20,000 nucleotides of DNA from an uncultured virus (IMG/VR IMGVR_UViG_3300018475_001996). Taxonomy: Duplodnaviria; Heunggongvirae; Uroviricota; Caudoviricetes. The notes below the pieces were generated by a model that saw only the letters and a program-made list of their open reading frames with translations, was not told where the DNA came from and made no database searches. The stretch's first letter is position 1, and each line of letters begins with the position of its first letter. Location of the stretch: positions 116,627 through 136,626 of IMG/VR virus record IMGVR_UViG_3300018475_001996; one strand, given 5' to 3'. Below are positions 1 through 7,070 of this stretch, one piece after another. Made by a program: the position numbers and the translations under genes.

Positions 1-45
1 CTTATAGAACAAGAAAAAATCGTAAAAGCTATTGATGCATTATAA
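1..45 (+). CDS. 3' end of a small protein running in from outside the window (…LIEQEKIVKAIDAL*)
   Basis: Frame 1 is open to TAA at 43-45. The C-terminus resembles those of 560..859 (LIENDINQEAIESLP) and 856..1146 (LLTQEETLETLNKLP). Confidence 0.5.
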   Translation, partial: LIEQEKIVKAIDAL

Positions 46-46
46 G

Positions 47-77
47 GGTTGACAATTACTTTATCGTTTACTATATT
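47..77 (+). promoter_or_regulatory. sigma70-type (early) promoter GGTTGACA-N17-TATATT
   Basis: TTGACA 49-54, 17-bp spacer, TATATT 72-77. SD-like AAAGGA precedes ATG 104. The same architecture occurs at four other sites in the window. Confidence 0.85.
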
Positions 78-103
78 AACGGTATAAACAAAAAGGAACA
101 ATC

Positions 104-547
104 ATGTTTAAAGTAATTTATACCAAGGCTGTTGATGGAAACGGACGTTATGCATATGTCGGTGGCGACAAGATGACATATGAATATGCGGACGTACCTG
201 ATGAAGAAACTTTCCAAAAGCTTAAGAACGAAATTGTCGAAGAACTTAAGAAGGAAGATTCCCCGCTTGTAAAGGCTTCGTTCTATAACGAAAAGGGAGT
301 TCCTTTTGAAATCAGTTTCGACGATATTAACGAAGAAGATGAATATTGTCTCATCGATACTGTCAATAACATGACGCTTAAGAAGCTTGAAGAACGTACC
401 GACGGTATGACCAAGGGACAATGGGAACTGTTTAACGGTTCTTATGACGATAACCTTAAGATTCCGGAAGATCTTGCCGAAGCGGATGAAAATTCTGACC
501 CGCTTTATGATTATCTTAAGAGCGTTGGACCGACACTTTTGAAGTAA
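104..547 (+). CDS. acidic hypothetical protein, 147 aa
   Basis: ORF directly downstream of a consensus promoter and SD. No recognisable motif. Confidence 0.8.
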   Translation: MFKVIYTKAVDGNGRYAYVGGDKMTYEYADVPDEETFQKLKNEIVEELKKEDSPLVKASFYNEKGVPFEISFDDINEEDEYCLIDTVNNMTLKKLEERTDGMTKGQWELFNGSYDDNLKIPEDLAEADENSDPLYDYLKSVGPTLLK

Positions 548-559
548 GGAGAAACTACC

Positions 560-859
560 ATGATTCATGTATATGACAACTGTAAACTATATACCAATGT
601 TATAAATCCAAAGCTGGAATATGTTACAGACAGTATCTGGCCGCCTTATAATCCCTATTTCTGGATAACTTTCAAGGAAAGCCCTAATGCACAATTTAAT
701 AGGGTAGACTTCCGAGATTTCACTGAGGAAATGAATAACAATTATATCGAAATCAATAACCAGCGATTCAAATATAAAGATATAAAAGAAAACCTGGAAT
801 ATATCCAAGCCCTAATCGAAAACGATATTAACCAGGAAGCTATCGAGTCCCTCCCATGA
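560..859 (+). CDS. small hypothetical protein, paralogue family A
   Basis: SD AAGGAG upstream. Shares MIxVYD, PPY, INxxxFKYKD and AL…LP with 856..1146. Confidence 0.8.
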   Translation: MIHVYDNCKLYTNVINPKLEYVTDSIWPPYNPYFWITFKESPNAQFNRVDFRDFTEEMNNNYIEINNQRFKYKDIKENLEYIQALIENDINQEAIESLP

Positions 860-1146
860 TTGAAGTCTACGATACAAATAATAAAAAATCAGAAGTAATA
901 GAAGTCATAAGGCTGGATAAACTGACTGACAAATGCGTTAAACCTCCCTATGTCTATTTTTCTCTAATGTATAAAGACTCTTCTAACCAGAAGGGCTTTA
1001 CTATATTCTCTATAGGCAGTTCTGAAAATTACCTGTCTATTAACGGAAGAAAATTCAAATATAAAGATATGATAGAAAAAGAGGGCCTCATAGACGCCCT
1101 CCTTACCCAAGAAGAAACCCTTGAAACACTAAATAAGCTACCCTAG
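856..1146 (+). CDS. small hypothetical protein, paralogue family A
   Basis: ATGA overlap with the previous gene and clear paralogy to 560..859. Confidence 0.8.
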   Translation: MIEVYDTNNKKSEVIEVIRLDKLTDKCVKPPYVYFSLMYKDSSNQKGFTIFSIGSSENYLSINGRKFKYKDMIEKEGLIDALLTQEETLETLNKLP

Positions 1147-1460
1147 AGCTTCTTTAGGGCCCTTTCTATATCATACTTGTTAAATATACTATAGGCATTT
1201 TCGGGGTGCCTTATGGCCTTCTTCATGATTGCCATGGGTATGTTCTTAAACTGGAACGCCAACATCTCATTAGTAGTCCCGATACAGACAGCCTGCTCTT
1301 CTTCTATATTCCGAAAATATACGGTAGGGGTAGAATCATAAATGTACAGACATACCGAAAATCCGTCCTTCCGGTAATCTACAGGATAGGGCTCGTATGT
1401 GCTCATAGGGACATATCCACATCTAACCACCAAATCGCGAACCTTCTTAAGCGGATCCAT
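1143..1460 (-). CDS. small hypothetical protein, paralogue family B
   Basis: TAATG coupling with GGAGGT SD. N-terminal L…GY and C-terminal F.NIP..IM..A…KYDIERAL match the other family B members. Its stop overlaps the convergent + strand stop (CTAG 1143-1146). Confidence 0.8.
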   Translation of the reverse strand: MDPLKKVRDLVVRCGYVPMSTYEPYPVDYRKDGFSVCLYIYDSTPTVYFRNIEEEQAVCIGTTNEMLAFQFKNIPMAIMKKAIRHPENAYSIFNKYDIERALKKL

Positions 1461-1852
1461 TATCCCAATACCTCCAAAGCCTTTTCTGTCTCATATTTGT
1501 GAAAATCAAAAGTCAGCCTCTTGAATTCCTCAGGGTCGTCTATACATACATTGGTTTCGATATACCCCCTGTACATCTTCCCGTTCCAGATAATAAACTC
1601 GTAATCGGTAATATAGTAAAGCCCCTCCCATACGTCTTCGAAAATTTCGTGGACATATGTGAATCCTACGGCTCGCCTTTCCAAATCAATATCGGTAATA
1701 TCTACAAATTCCCTAACGGCATTCTTGGAATGATAATGCGGGGTAATAAAATAGTTTTTACCGGGTTCGATTAAACTCAATAAATATTCCAGTTTTTCCT
1801 TATGACTACTACTCTGAATATTCGACCAATGTTCGTATTCGCTATCCGTCAT
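1460..1852 (-). CDS. hypothetical protein, 130 aa (start revised to ATG 1852, MTDSEYEHW…), ends KALEVLG
   Basis: ATG at 1852 overlaps the upstream TAA (TAATG) with GGAGGT 9 nt upstream. The longer ORF-track start (1993) would overlap another gene by about 140 nt. Confidence 0.8.
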   Translation of the reverse strand: MTDSEYEHWSNIQSSSHKEKLEYLLSLIEPGKNYFITPHYHSKNAVREFVDITDIDLERRAVGFTYVHEIFEDVWEGLYYITDYEFIIWNGKMYRGYIETNVCIDDPEEFKRLTFDFHKYETEKALEVLG

Positions 1853-2202
1853 TATCCCAATACCTCCAATGTCTTCTCGACACAATAGTTGTTCAGTTCT
1901 TCCAGCATCTTCCGACCATCCTGGCAGGCCGAAATTATCAGAAGTCCGGGCGGAATAGCCTTGAACCTGTAATGCAGGGCCTTGTTCGTACATGCAATAG
2001 AATCGCTCGCCCCTACCATCGGCGAACTCCCGTACTGCAAGAATATATGGTCATTCCAGAACGTAATGAAATAATCGCGTTCATCCCCAGTCTTCCGGAT
2101 ATATCTAACATACGTACTTGTAGAAACCGACTCGCTGTCATACACCGAATACCCATGAGAAAGCAAATACTCTTCGTACTTGCGTAATTCAAACTTCGTC
2201 AC
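1852..2202 (-). CDS. small hypothetical protein, paralogue family B, ends KTLEVLG
   Basis: GTG start in a GTGA overlap with GGAGGT 6 nt upstream. YEEYLLSHGY and YRFKAIP motifs are shared with paralogues. Confidence 0.8.
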   Translation of the reverse strand: MTKFELRKYEEYLLSHGYSVYDSESVSTSTYVRYIRKTGDERDYFITFWNDHIFLQYGSSPMVGASDSIACTNKALHYRFKAIPPGLLIISACQDGRKMLEELNNYCVEKTLEVLG

Positions 2203-2533
2203 CCCAGAACCTCCAGGTTTCTATTAAGGTCATATTCGTATAGCTTCTTGTGTATTTCTGAACTTTCTTCACACGCAATCTTCAACAATATGTCCGCAGG
2301 AACATTATATCTGTAATATATCCCGCCGCTTCCGTCATTATAGGCCAGGCCACCCTTGTTATAATACAAGAATATGTTATTCTCGAATATCAACAGAGTA
2401 TACTTGTTATCCGATTCTTTCACATAAAGGACATCGGTATTACGGTCTACCTCCCTATATCCGTGTTTCTTCAAAAATCGTCATAATACCCGTACTGTAT
2501 CAAAAAATCGTCATAGGCGCTGTACTCTTTCAT
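2199..2533 (-). CDS. family B protein ending RNLEVLG, interrupted by a -1 frameshift near 2473-2477 (20-codon ORF 2533-2471 plus ORF 2474-2199)
   Basis: The coupled ATG at 2533 with GGAGGT SD reads MKEYSAYDDFLIQYGYYDDF*. Adding one T to the T5 run gives …YDDFLKKHGY…, which matches the family N-terminus. Confidence 0.65.
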
Positions 2534-2844
2534 CCCAGAACCTCCAAAGTCTTATTGACATCGTACTCGTACAGTTTCCTCCTAATATCCTCCGCAGGAC
2601 CTACAGCTATATCCATCAATATATCAGCGGGAACGCCCATATATCTGTAAATAGTCCCTGTACCGTCGGACACGCGGGAAGTAGCTATTCCCTCGCATTC
2701 ATTAACGGACTCGTCATATATCAGACATACAAACGTAGTAAGAATTATCAGACTGTACTTCCCCCGGATATAACTGCACCTTAAATCCTGCTTATACCCG
2801 TTCTCCAACGCCATCCTGATATATTTCTGAGAATCGAACTTCAT
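2530..2844 (-). CDS. small hypothetical protein, paralogue family B, ends KTLEVLG
   Basis: ATGA overlap. YRYMGVPADILMDIA…KLYEYDVNKTLEVLG closely matches YRYNVPADILLKIA…KLYEYDLNRNLEVLG. Confidence 0.85.
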   Translation of the reverse strand: MKFDSQKYIRMALENGYKQDLRCSYIRGKYSLIILTTFVCLIYDESVNECEGIATSRVSDGTGTIYRYMGVPADILMDIAVGPAEDIRRKLYEYDVNKTLEVLG

Positions 2845-3056
2845 CCAGCAATCTCTTCTTTTAACTTCGCCGGACTAAGCGTCCAGTTAGACAACTTGAC
2901 ACCGTTATATTCCGCGATATGCTTCATTTTTCTTTCGCTGTAATCCCCGCAGACAAACATCCATCTGGCCTTATTGGCTAGAATCTGCGCCTGCCTGTCA
3001 CTTATTTCTTCTTCGGTCTCAATCGTAAACGGGAGATAAACTACCTTTTCAGCCAT
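2841..3056 (-). CDS. hypothetical protein, 71 aa, first gene of the leftward small-gene operon
   Basis: GAGGA SD at 3063-3067 and a consensus promoter upstream. ATGA overlap with the next gene. Confidence 0.75.
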   Translation of the reverse strand: MAEKVVYLPFTIETEEEISDRQAQILANKARWMFVCGDYSERKMKHIAEYNGVKLSNWTLSPAKLKEEIAG

Positions 3057-3082
3057 ATATTGTCCTCTGGTTCGTTATTTCA

Positions 3083-3113
3083 AATATAGCAAATCCATAT
3101 AGGTTCGTCAACC
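3083..3113 (-). promoter_or_regulatory. sigma70-type promoter GGTTGACG-N17-TATATT with extended -10 TG
   Basis: -35 at 3106-3111 and -10 at 3083-3088 on the minus strand, 17-bp spacer. Confidence 0.85.
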
Positions 3114-3430
3114 TTAATTAACCCTTGCATATACTATAAACCGATATATATTAACATCATATTAACATAGAATCAATTAAGCCAAAAATATCCCAGAAAT
3201 ACCTATATAATCATAGGGGTAAAATCTATTAAGCAAAATCTCCCAAATCCCTTTATTTTCAAGCATTTCGGCCAATTCTGAATATTCTTTAAATATCCAG
3301 AATATACCCCAAAATCTATTAAGATTTTCACAAGAAATTTCTACACAATTTACTAACATTTTATTAACAGGCGAGCCCATCGAGACGTAAGTGTTTTTTA
3401 ACCAATCCGGACCCATATATAGGAATCTAT

Positions 3431-3653
3431 GCCCGCCAAAATCTATTAAGTAGAAACTTGGCCCGCCAAAATCTATTAAGTAGAAACTTGGCCCGCCAAA
3501 TCTATTAAGCATATTTACTTACTAGAAATCTGGCCCGCCAAAATCTATTAAGTAGAAACTTGGCCCGCCAAATCTATTAAGCATATTTACTTACTAGAAA
3601 TCTGGCCCGCCAAATCTATTAAGCATATTTACTTACTAGAAATCTGGCCCGCC
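3431..3653. repeat. iteron-like tandem array A-A-B-A-B-B plus a partial unit (A = 30 bp GCCCGCCAAAATCTATTAAGTAGAAACTTG; B = 42 bp GCCCGCCAAATCTATTAAGCATATTTACTTACTAGAAATCTG)
   Basis: Units start at 3431, 3461, 3491, 3533, 3563 and 3605, with a partial unit at 3647. Copies within each type are identical and there are no unique spacers. Confidence 0.95.
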
Positions 3654-3740
3654 GGAATACTTAGATCTTAATTGTAAAAAATTTTTTACGCAAAAATTTT
3701 TTTTTCGTGAAAAAATTTTCGCGATCCTGGTCCCCATTAT

Positions 3741-3778
3741 AAAAAAGAAAAACCCAGAATTAACTTCTGGATTTTCTC
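3741..3778 (-). terminator. intrinsic terminator after the gp62-like gene
   Basis: Imperfect stem (CCAGAA/TTCTGG core, extended by AGAAAA/TTTTCT) followed by T6 on the minus strand. Confidence 0.7.
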
Positions 3779-3796
3779 TTCAAAAATCAATTAAGA

Positions 3797-4234
3797 TTAA
3801 TCTTTGGGTTGTGCGGCGAGCCGGAAATAATCTTCCCATTTCTTGACTATATGTTGTTTCTGTTCCTTGTTCAGGATTTGAAGATAGAATTTGGCTTCGC
3901 GGTCCGTGAGGTCGTATTCCTTCTTTACCGACTCGATTTCGACCGGATCGTATTCCTGGGTTCCTTTGAAGTAGTCGTATTTGAAGTAATGCTTCGTGTG
4001 CTTTACATAGCCGATGAGGATATTGTAATGCATATCGTCGGTCAGTTTCTGTGTGGCGAGCTGGTCCGCGACGGGAATCAGATAGTCGTAGGAACAGATG
4101 AACCTGTTAATCATGAACTGGCTGTAGCCATTCTGGAGATCTTCCGGGAGGTCTTTCCATTCCGGGTACTGTTTGGTACAGAGTGCGGTCAGGATTTCCC
4201 AGAGAGGATTACGCTTTTTCTGTTTGGTTTCCAT
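3797..4234 (-). CDS. gp62: clamp loader small subunit (T4 gp62-like)
   Basis: YSQFMINRF, HYNIL, and the C-terminal IESVKKEYDLTDREAKFYLQIL pattern typical of gp62. Lies downstream of gp45/gp44. Confidence 0.75.
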   Translation of the reverse strand: METKQKKRNPLWEILTALCTKQYPEWKDLPEDLQNGYSQFMINRFICSYDYLIPVADQLATQKLTDDMHYNILIGYVKHTKHYFKYDYFKGTQEYDPVEIESVKKEYDLTDREAKFYLQILNKEQKQHIVKKWEDYFRLAAQPKD

Positions 4235-5024
4235 TATCTACCTTCTTGGTCGGCATGGTCTTGATTCTGGACATATCGAACTTTGAGAGTCTCGAAATCG
4301 GCCAGTTACCGTTAACCGCCGAAGTCCACTTGTTGAAGAAATTGAGTCTTAGCTGTTCCCAGTTCTTCGGGAGTTCACCTTGGGATTCATGTTTGACCGA
4401 AACCGCCACGGTAGCGACCCTATAGCCCGCGGCGAGCGCCTGGAGACAGATGTCGGCATCGTAGAAGTGAAAATCCGGAAGTAATTCGTCGAATCTGAAA
4501 CCTTTTTCGAAGAACCACTTGGGGAAGAACATGCAGCATCCGTCGACGGTGGCCATGAACTTATGGTTACCCGGATAGTCGTTCATCGGGTATTCATAGT
4601 GTTCCATGACTGGATTTCCCTTATCGTCGAGGACCGGTTTCTTATTTTCGTCGAGTTTCGGTCGGATTCCGCCCTGGATGATGGAACCTGCGCCGTAGTT
4701 GGCTCTGCCTCCGGCGGACGGGACTCCGTGCCACCATGCACAGCCCTGGTCCAAGGCGATCGTGCCGATGACTCCCATGACCGCCGCGTTATATTCCTGG
4801 CAGACCTTATCTACTTTGAATTCGATAACGTCCAGAGGCGATCTCAGTTCCGTATCGTCGTGTCGGAAACAAACGTATTTTTCTTTGGAATTGAGAACGA
4901 ACTGTTCTATGGCGCGGTTATACTTCTTGGCCATAGAATCGTGAGGAATGTTTTCGATATACTTGATTGTGTCGGTATCGACTTGGTTTTCGGTTCTTTT
5001 ATTTACCGGGATTATCTGAAGCAT
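4209..5024 (-). CDS. GT-A fold glycosyltransferase (GT2-like, StrF/Glyco_tranf_2_5-type)
   Basis: KKYN, YVCFRHDD (DxD-like), VATVDG-type TVDGCCMFF, FRFDE, FHFYDADICLQ and VKHES motifs. Confidence 0.8.
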   Translation of the reverse strand: MLQIIPVNKRTENQVDTDTIKYIENIPHDSMAKKYNRAIEQFVLNSKEKYVCFRHDDTELRSPLDVIEFKVDKVCQEYNAAVMGVIGTIALDQGCAWWHGVPSAGGRANYGAGSIIQGGIRPKLDENKKPVLDDKGNPVMEHYEYPMNDYPGNHKFMATVDGCCMFFPKWFFEKGFRFDELLPDFHFYDADICLQALAAGYRVATVAVSVKHESQGELPKNWEQLRLNFFNKWTSAVNGNWPISRLSKFDMSRIKTMPTKKVDNGNQTEKA

Positions 5025-5691
5025 CTAGGGTTTCCTTTATATTTCTGATAACGAAGCTCGCGTCTTTGACCTTGGACATGTAGCCTGTCATGAGTCTTTG
5101 CGCGAAGTCGCTGTAAATATTGGTATTTTCGTCCTTGAAAATAACGAGTTTGGCGAGCCTGAAGCTGCCTTCGAAGAGTTTGAATCTCTTATCTTCGTCC
5201 AGATTCGGGCAGATCCGTTCGACATCTATAGGCAATTCCGAGAAATTTATGGCCTTATAGGTTAATTTTTCGCGGGTTTGCTCGTCGATTTCTGGCGGGA
5301 AAATATAGTATGCGGGCTCGCATTTGGATTTCAAAGCCTGCATTCTGTTACGTTTTTCCAGTTCGGATAGCGGTTTTGGGCCGAATTTTTCCAGTGAAGC
5401 GTAGATTTCTTTCAGTTGCAGTTCGAATAACTGGCCTAATCTTACGTATTCCAGCTCGTTATCCCAGTAGCAGCAGGTCATAGGGAAAGCCGCGCGCTGG
5501 GTCATCTTGTAGACGAGATCTCTATCCCGTTGCGTATTTACCTCGACGAAATAGAGATTTCCGTTATTGATATGTTCAATGGACTGTTTATACTTATGGC
5601 ATATTTCGCAGGCATCCTGTGTCAGTACGTAGATGCCGTGCTTATAGCCTATGGCGAAGTCTTGAAACGATATTTTCTGTGAATCGAACAT
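4999..5691 (-). CDS. thioredoxin/glutaredoxin-fold protein with C-terminal extension
   Basis: CEIC (CxxC) after a beta-strand near the N-terminus, a later AFPM putative cis-Pro loop, and about 120 additional residues of unknown function. Confidence 0.6.
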   Translation of the reverse strand: MFDSQKISFQDFAIGYKHGIYVLTQDACEICHKYKQSIEHINNGNLYFVEVNTQRDRDLVYKMTQRAAFPMTCCYWDNELEYVRLGQLFELQLKEIYASLEKFGPKPLSELEKRNRMQALKSKCEPAYYIFPPEIDEQTREKLTYKAINFSELPIDVERICPNLDEDKRFKLFEGSFRLAKLVIFKDENTNIYSDFAQRLMTGYMSKVKDASFVIRNIKETLDASDNPGK

Positions 5692-5701
5692 AGTAACCTA
5701 T

Positions 5702-6646
5702 TTATACGCACTGGAACATCTGGATCAGACAGGCCAGGATATGGATTTCCGGGTCATTTGAAATCGAGGCTCTGGCATCGTATTCGGATAACTGGAGATA
5801 GGCATCGCCGCGTTTCTTCATCTTCGGGATGACATCTGTCTTGATGAAACCGAATACGTCGGTATAGCTGAGGCAATGTTCGTTGATATAGTTCATGGAA
5901 TCTGTTAATTTCTTTTCGAGAATCATCTTGGCGAGCACGTCACCGATGTTCACGTAATCCATTAAGCCCATGTCGATACGGCCCTTCATCATGGAATAGC
6001 ACTGGAGTCTGGCCAGGATAGTTCTGATTGACGGGAACTTTTTTTCTATTAAGCTCTTTACGGCTTCTTCCTCGAACGGGATTTGAAGATACTTAAGAAT
6101 TCCGAAGATTCTCTTTTGAACTTGCGGAATGAGTTCTGCCCTATATTCCGGTTTTTGCATATCGAACTTTAAAGTCATGGTTCGACCGCCTTCGTCGTCA
6201 CGGATGGCCGGGATGATCTTATTGGCGTAGTTACAGGTAAGAATGAAACGGCAGTTATCGGAGAGGTCGTCGAGAATTTCTCTTAAGGCTTTTTGTGCTT
6301 CGGGAGTAAGACCGTCAGCCTCGTCCAGGAGAACGAGTTTAGGAGTATCGTTGAAACTCATGGTCTTGGCGAACTCTTCGACTGTATTACGGATTGTATT
6401 AATGCCGTTTGAATTCGAAGCATTGAGTTTCATGAACTGTGCGCCGAGGTCATTGGCGAGCGCCTGTGCTACGGTAGTTTTACCAGTACCGCCTTTACGG
6501 GATTCGAGAAGGATATTGACGCCTGCGTTGTCCGCGACGATCTTATTGAAGAAATTCCGATAATCTTGTGGAAGGATAACGTCTTTTAATGTTTTAGGTC
6601 TGAAACGATGTTCCCAGATGTATTGATTAGTAGTAGAATCACTCAT
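5702..6646 (-). CDS. gp44: clamp loader large subunit, RFC-like AAA+ (T4 gp44-like); start revised to ATG 6646
   Basis: WEHRFRPKTL, GGTGKTT Walker A, LNAS, LLDEAD Walker B and CRFILTCNY. The ORF-track N-terminal 35 aa run through a terminator. Confidence 0.93.
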   Translation of the reverse strand: MSDSTTNQYIWEHRFRPKTLKDVILPQDYRNFFNKIVADNAGVNILLESRKGGTGKTTVAQALANDLGAQFMKLNASNSNGINTIRNTVEEFAKTMSFNDTPKLVLLDEADGLTPEAQKALREILDDLSDNCRFILTCNYANKIIPAIRDDEGGRTMTLKFDMQKPEYRAELIPQVQKRIFGILKYLQIPFEEEAVKSLIEKKFPSIRTILARLQCYSMMKGRIDMGLMDYVNIGDVLAKMILEKKLTDSMNYINEHCLSYTDVFGFIKTDVIPKMKKRGDAYLQLSEYDARASISNDPEIHILACLIQMFQCV

Positions 6647-6679
6647 TGTATTTGTACCTTTAGATAGTTTTACAGGATA

Positions 6680-6701
6680 AAGATAGAAAAAATCTATTAA
6701 G
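6680..6701 (-). promoter_or_regulatory. putative promoter lacking a -35: CTTAATAGATTTTTTC-TATCTT
   Basis: Lies just after a terminator and before gp44. Carries the array core motif upstream of a -10-like hexamer. Confidence 0.45.
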
Positions 6702-6703
6702 AT

Positions 6704-6739
6704 AAAAAAGAAAGAGGGAAAATCATTCAGATTTTCCCT
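6704..6739 (-). terminator. intrinsic terminator
   Basis: 10-bp stem AGGGAAAATC/GATTTTCCCT followed by a T-rich run on the minus strand. Confidence 0.8.
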
Positions 6740-6776
6740 AGAAAGATGCACTGTATCAAAGGAGGTAAGAAATTAT

Positions 6777-7070
6777 TTAGTGCTTCTTTGCTCTGCGTTC
6801 GGCTCTGTTCCTTGGGCGTAATTGTACGTCACCAACCTCTCTATCGGGCTTAGGGAACAGGCACGGGCACGGAACCGGTTCACCGGAATCAGCGTGCCTA
6901 CCGAGGTAACCCCTGCCATGACACTTTTTGCAGTTAGGCTTGGGGTCATTTAATAGAATGCCCATTGCTTCTGCGGCTCTGCGGATAACCTTCATCGCAT
7001 TAACGTTATGAAGATCTTCTTCCGGGGCTCGCTTATCAGGAGGTACAAGAGACTGATAATCAATAGACAT
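6777..7070 (-). CDS. small zinc-finger protein (CxxCxGxG…CxC) with basic tail
   Basis: CKKCHGRG and PCPC motifs. TAATG coupling to the gp45-like gene. Confidence 0.7.
   Translation of the reverse strand: MSIDYQSLVPPDKRAPEEDLHNVNAMKVIRRAAEAMGILLNDPKPNCKKCHGRGYLGRHADSGEPVPCPCLFPKPDREVGDVQLRPRNRAERRAKKH

Larger units (their letters stand above)
3171..3795. other. putative origin of replication
   Basis: Long intergenic region with a repeat array, extra core-motif copies (3173, 3225, 3315, 3787) and AT-rich A/T-tract palindromes (3674-3724). An apparent C>G to G>C switch on the + strand occurs across it, and it is adjacent to the replication genes. Confidence 0.6.

Noticed and set aside
1141..1166. 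Bidirectional terminator at the convergence of the two small-gene clusters
   Set aside because: An imperfect stem CCCTAGAG/CTTTAGGG exists but lies within coding sequence and lacks good U-tracts. It is too weak to call.
1853..1993. N-terminal extension of ORF 1460..1993
   Set aside because: It overlaps gene 1852..2202. The coupled ATG at 1852 with GGAGGT is the better start.
3177..3512. 111-aa ORF with FGGPSFYLID repeats
   Set aside because: It is a translation of the DNA repeat array. It has no SD and lies in a motif-rich intergenic region.
3431..3653. CRISPR array
   Set aside because: The inter-repeat segments are themselves repeated (only two types), so there are no unique spacers. The PD-(D/E)XK nuclease is a common stand-alone phage gene and there is no cas operon.
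6647..6751. N-terminal extension of gp44
   Set aside because: It runs through a terminator and putative promoter. RFC-like homology begins just after Met 6646.
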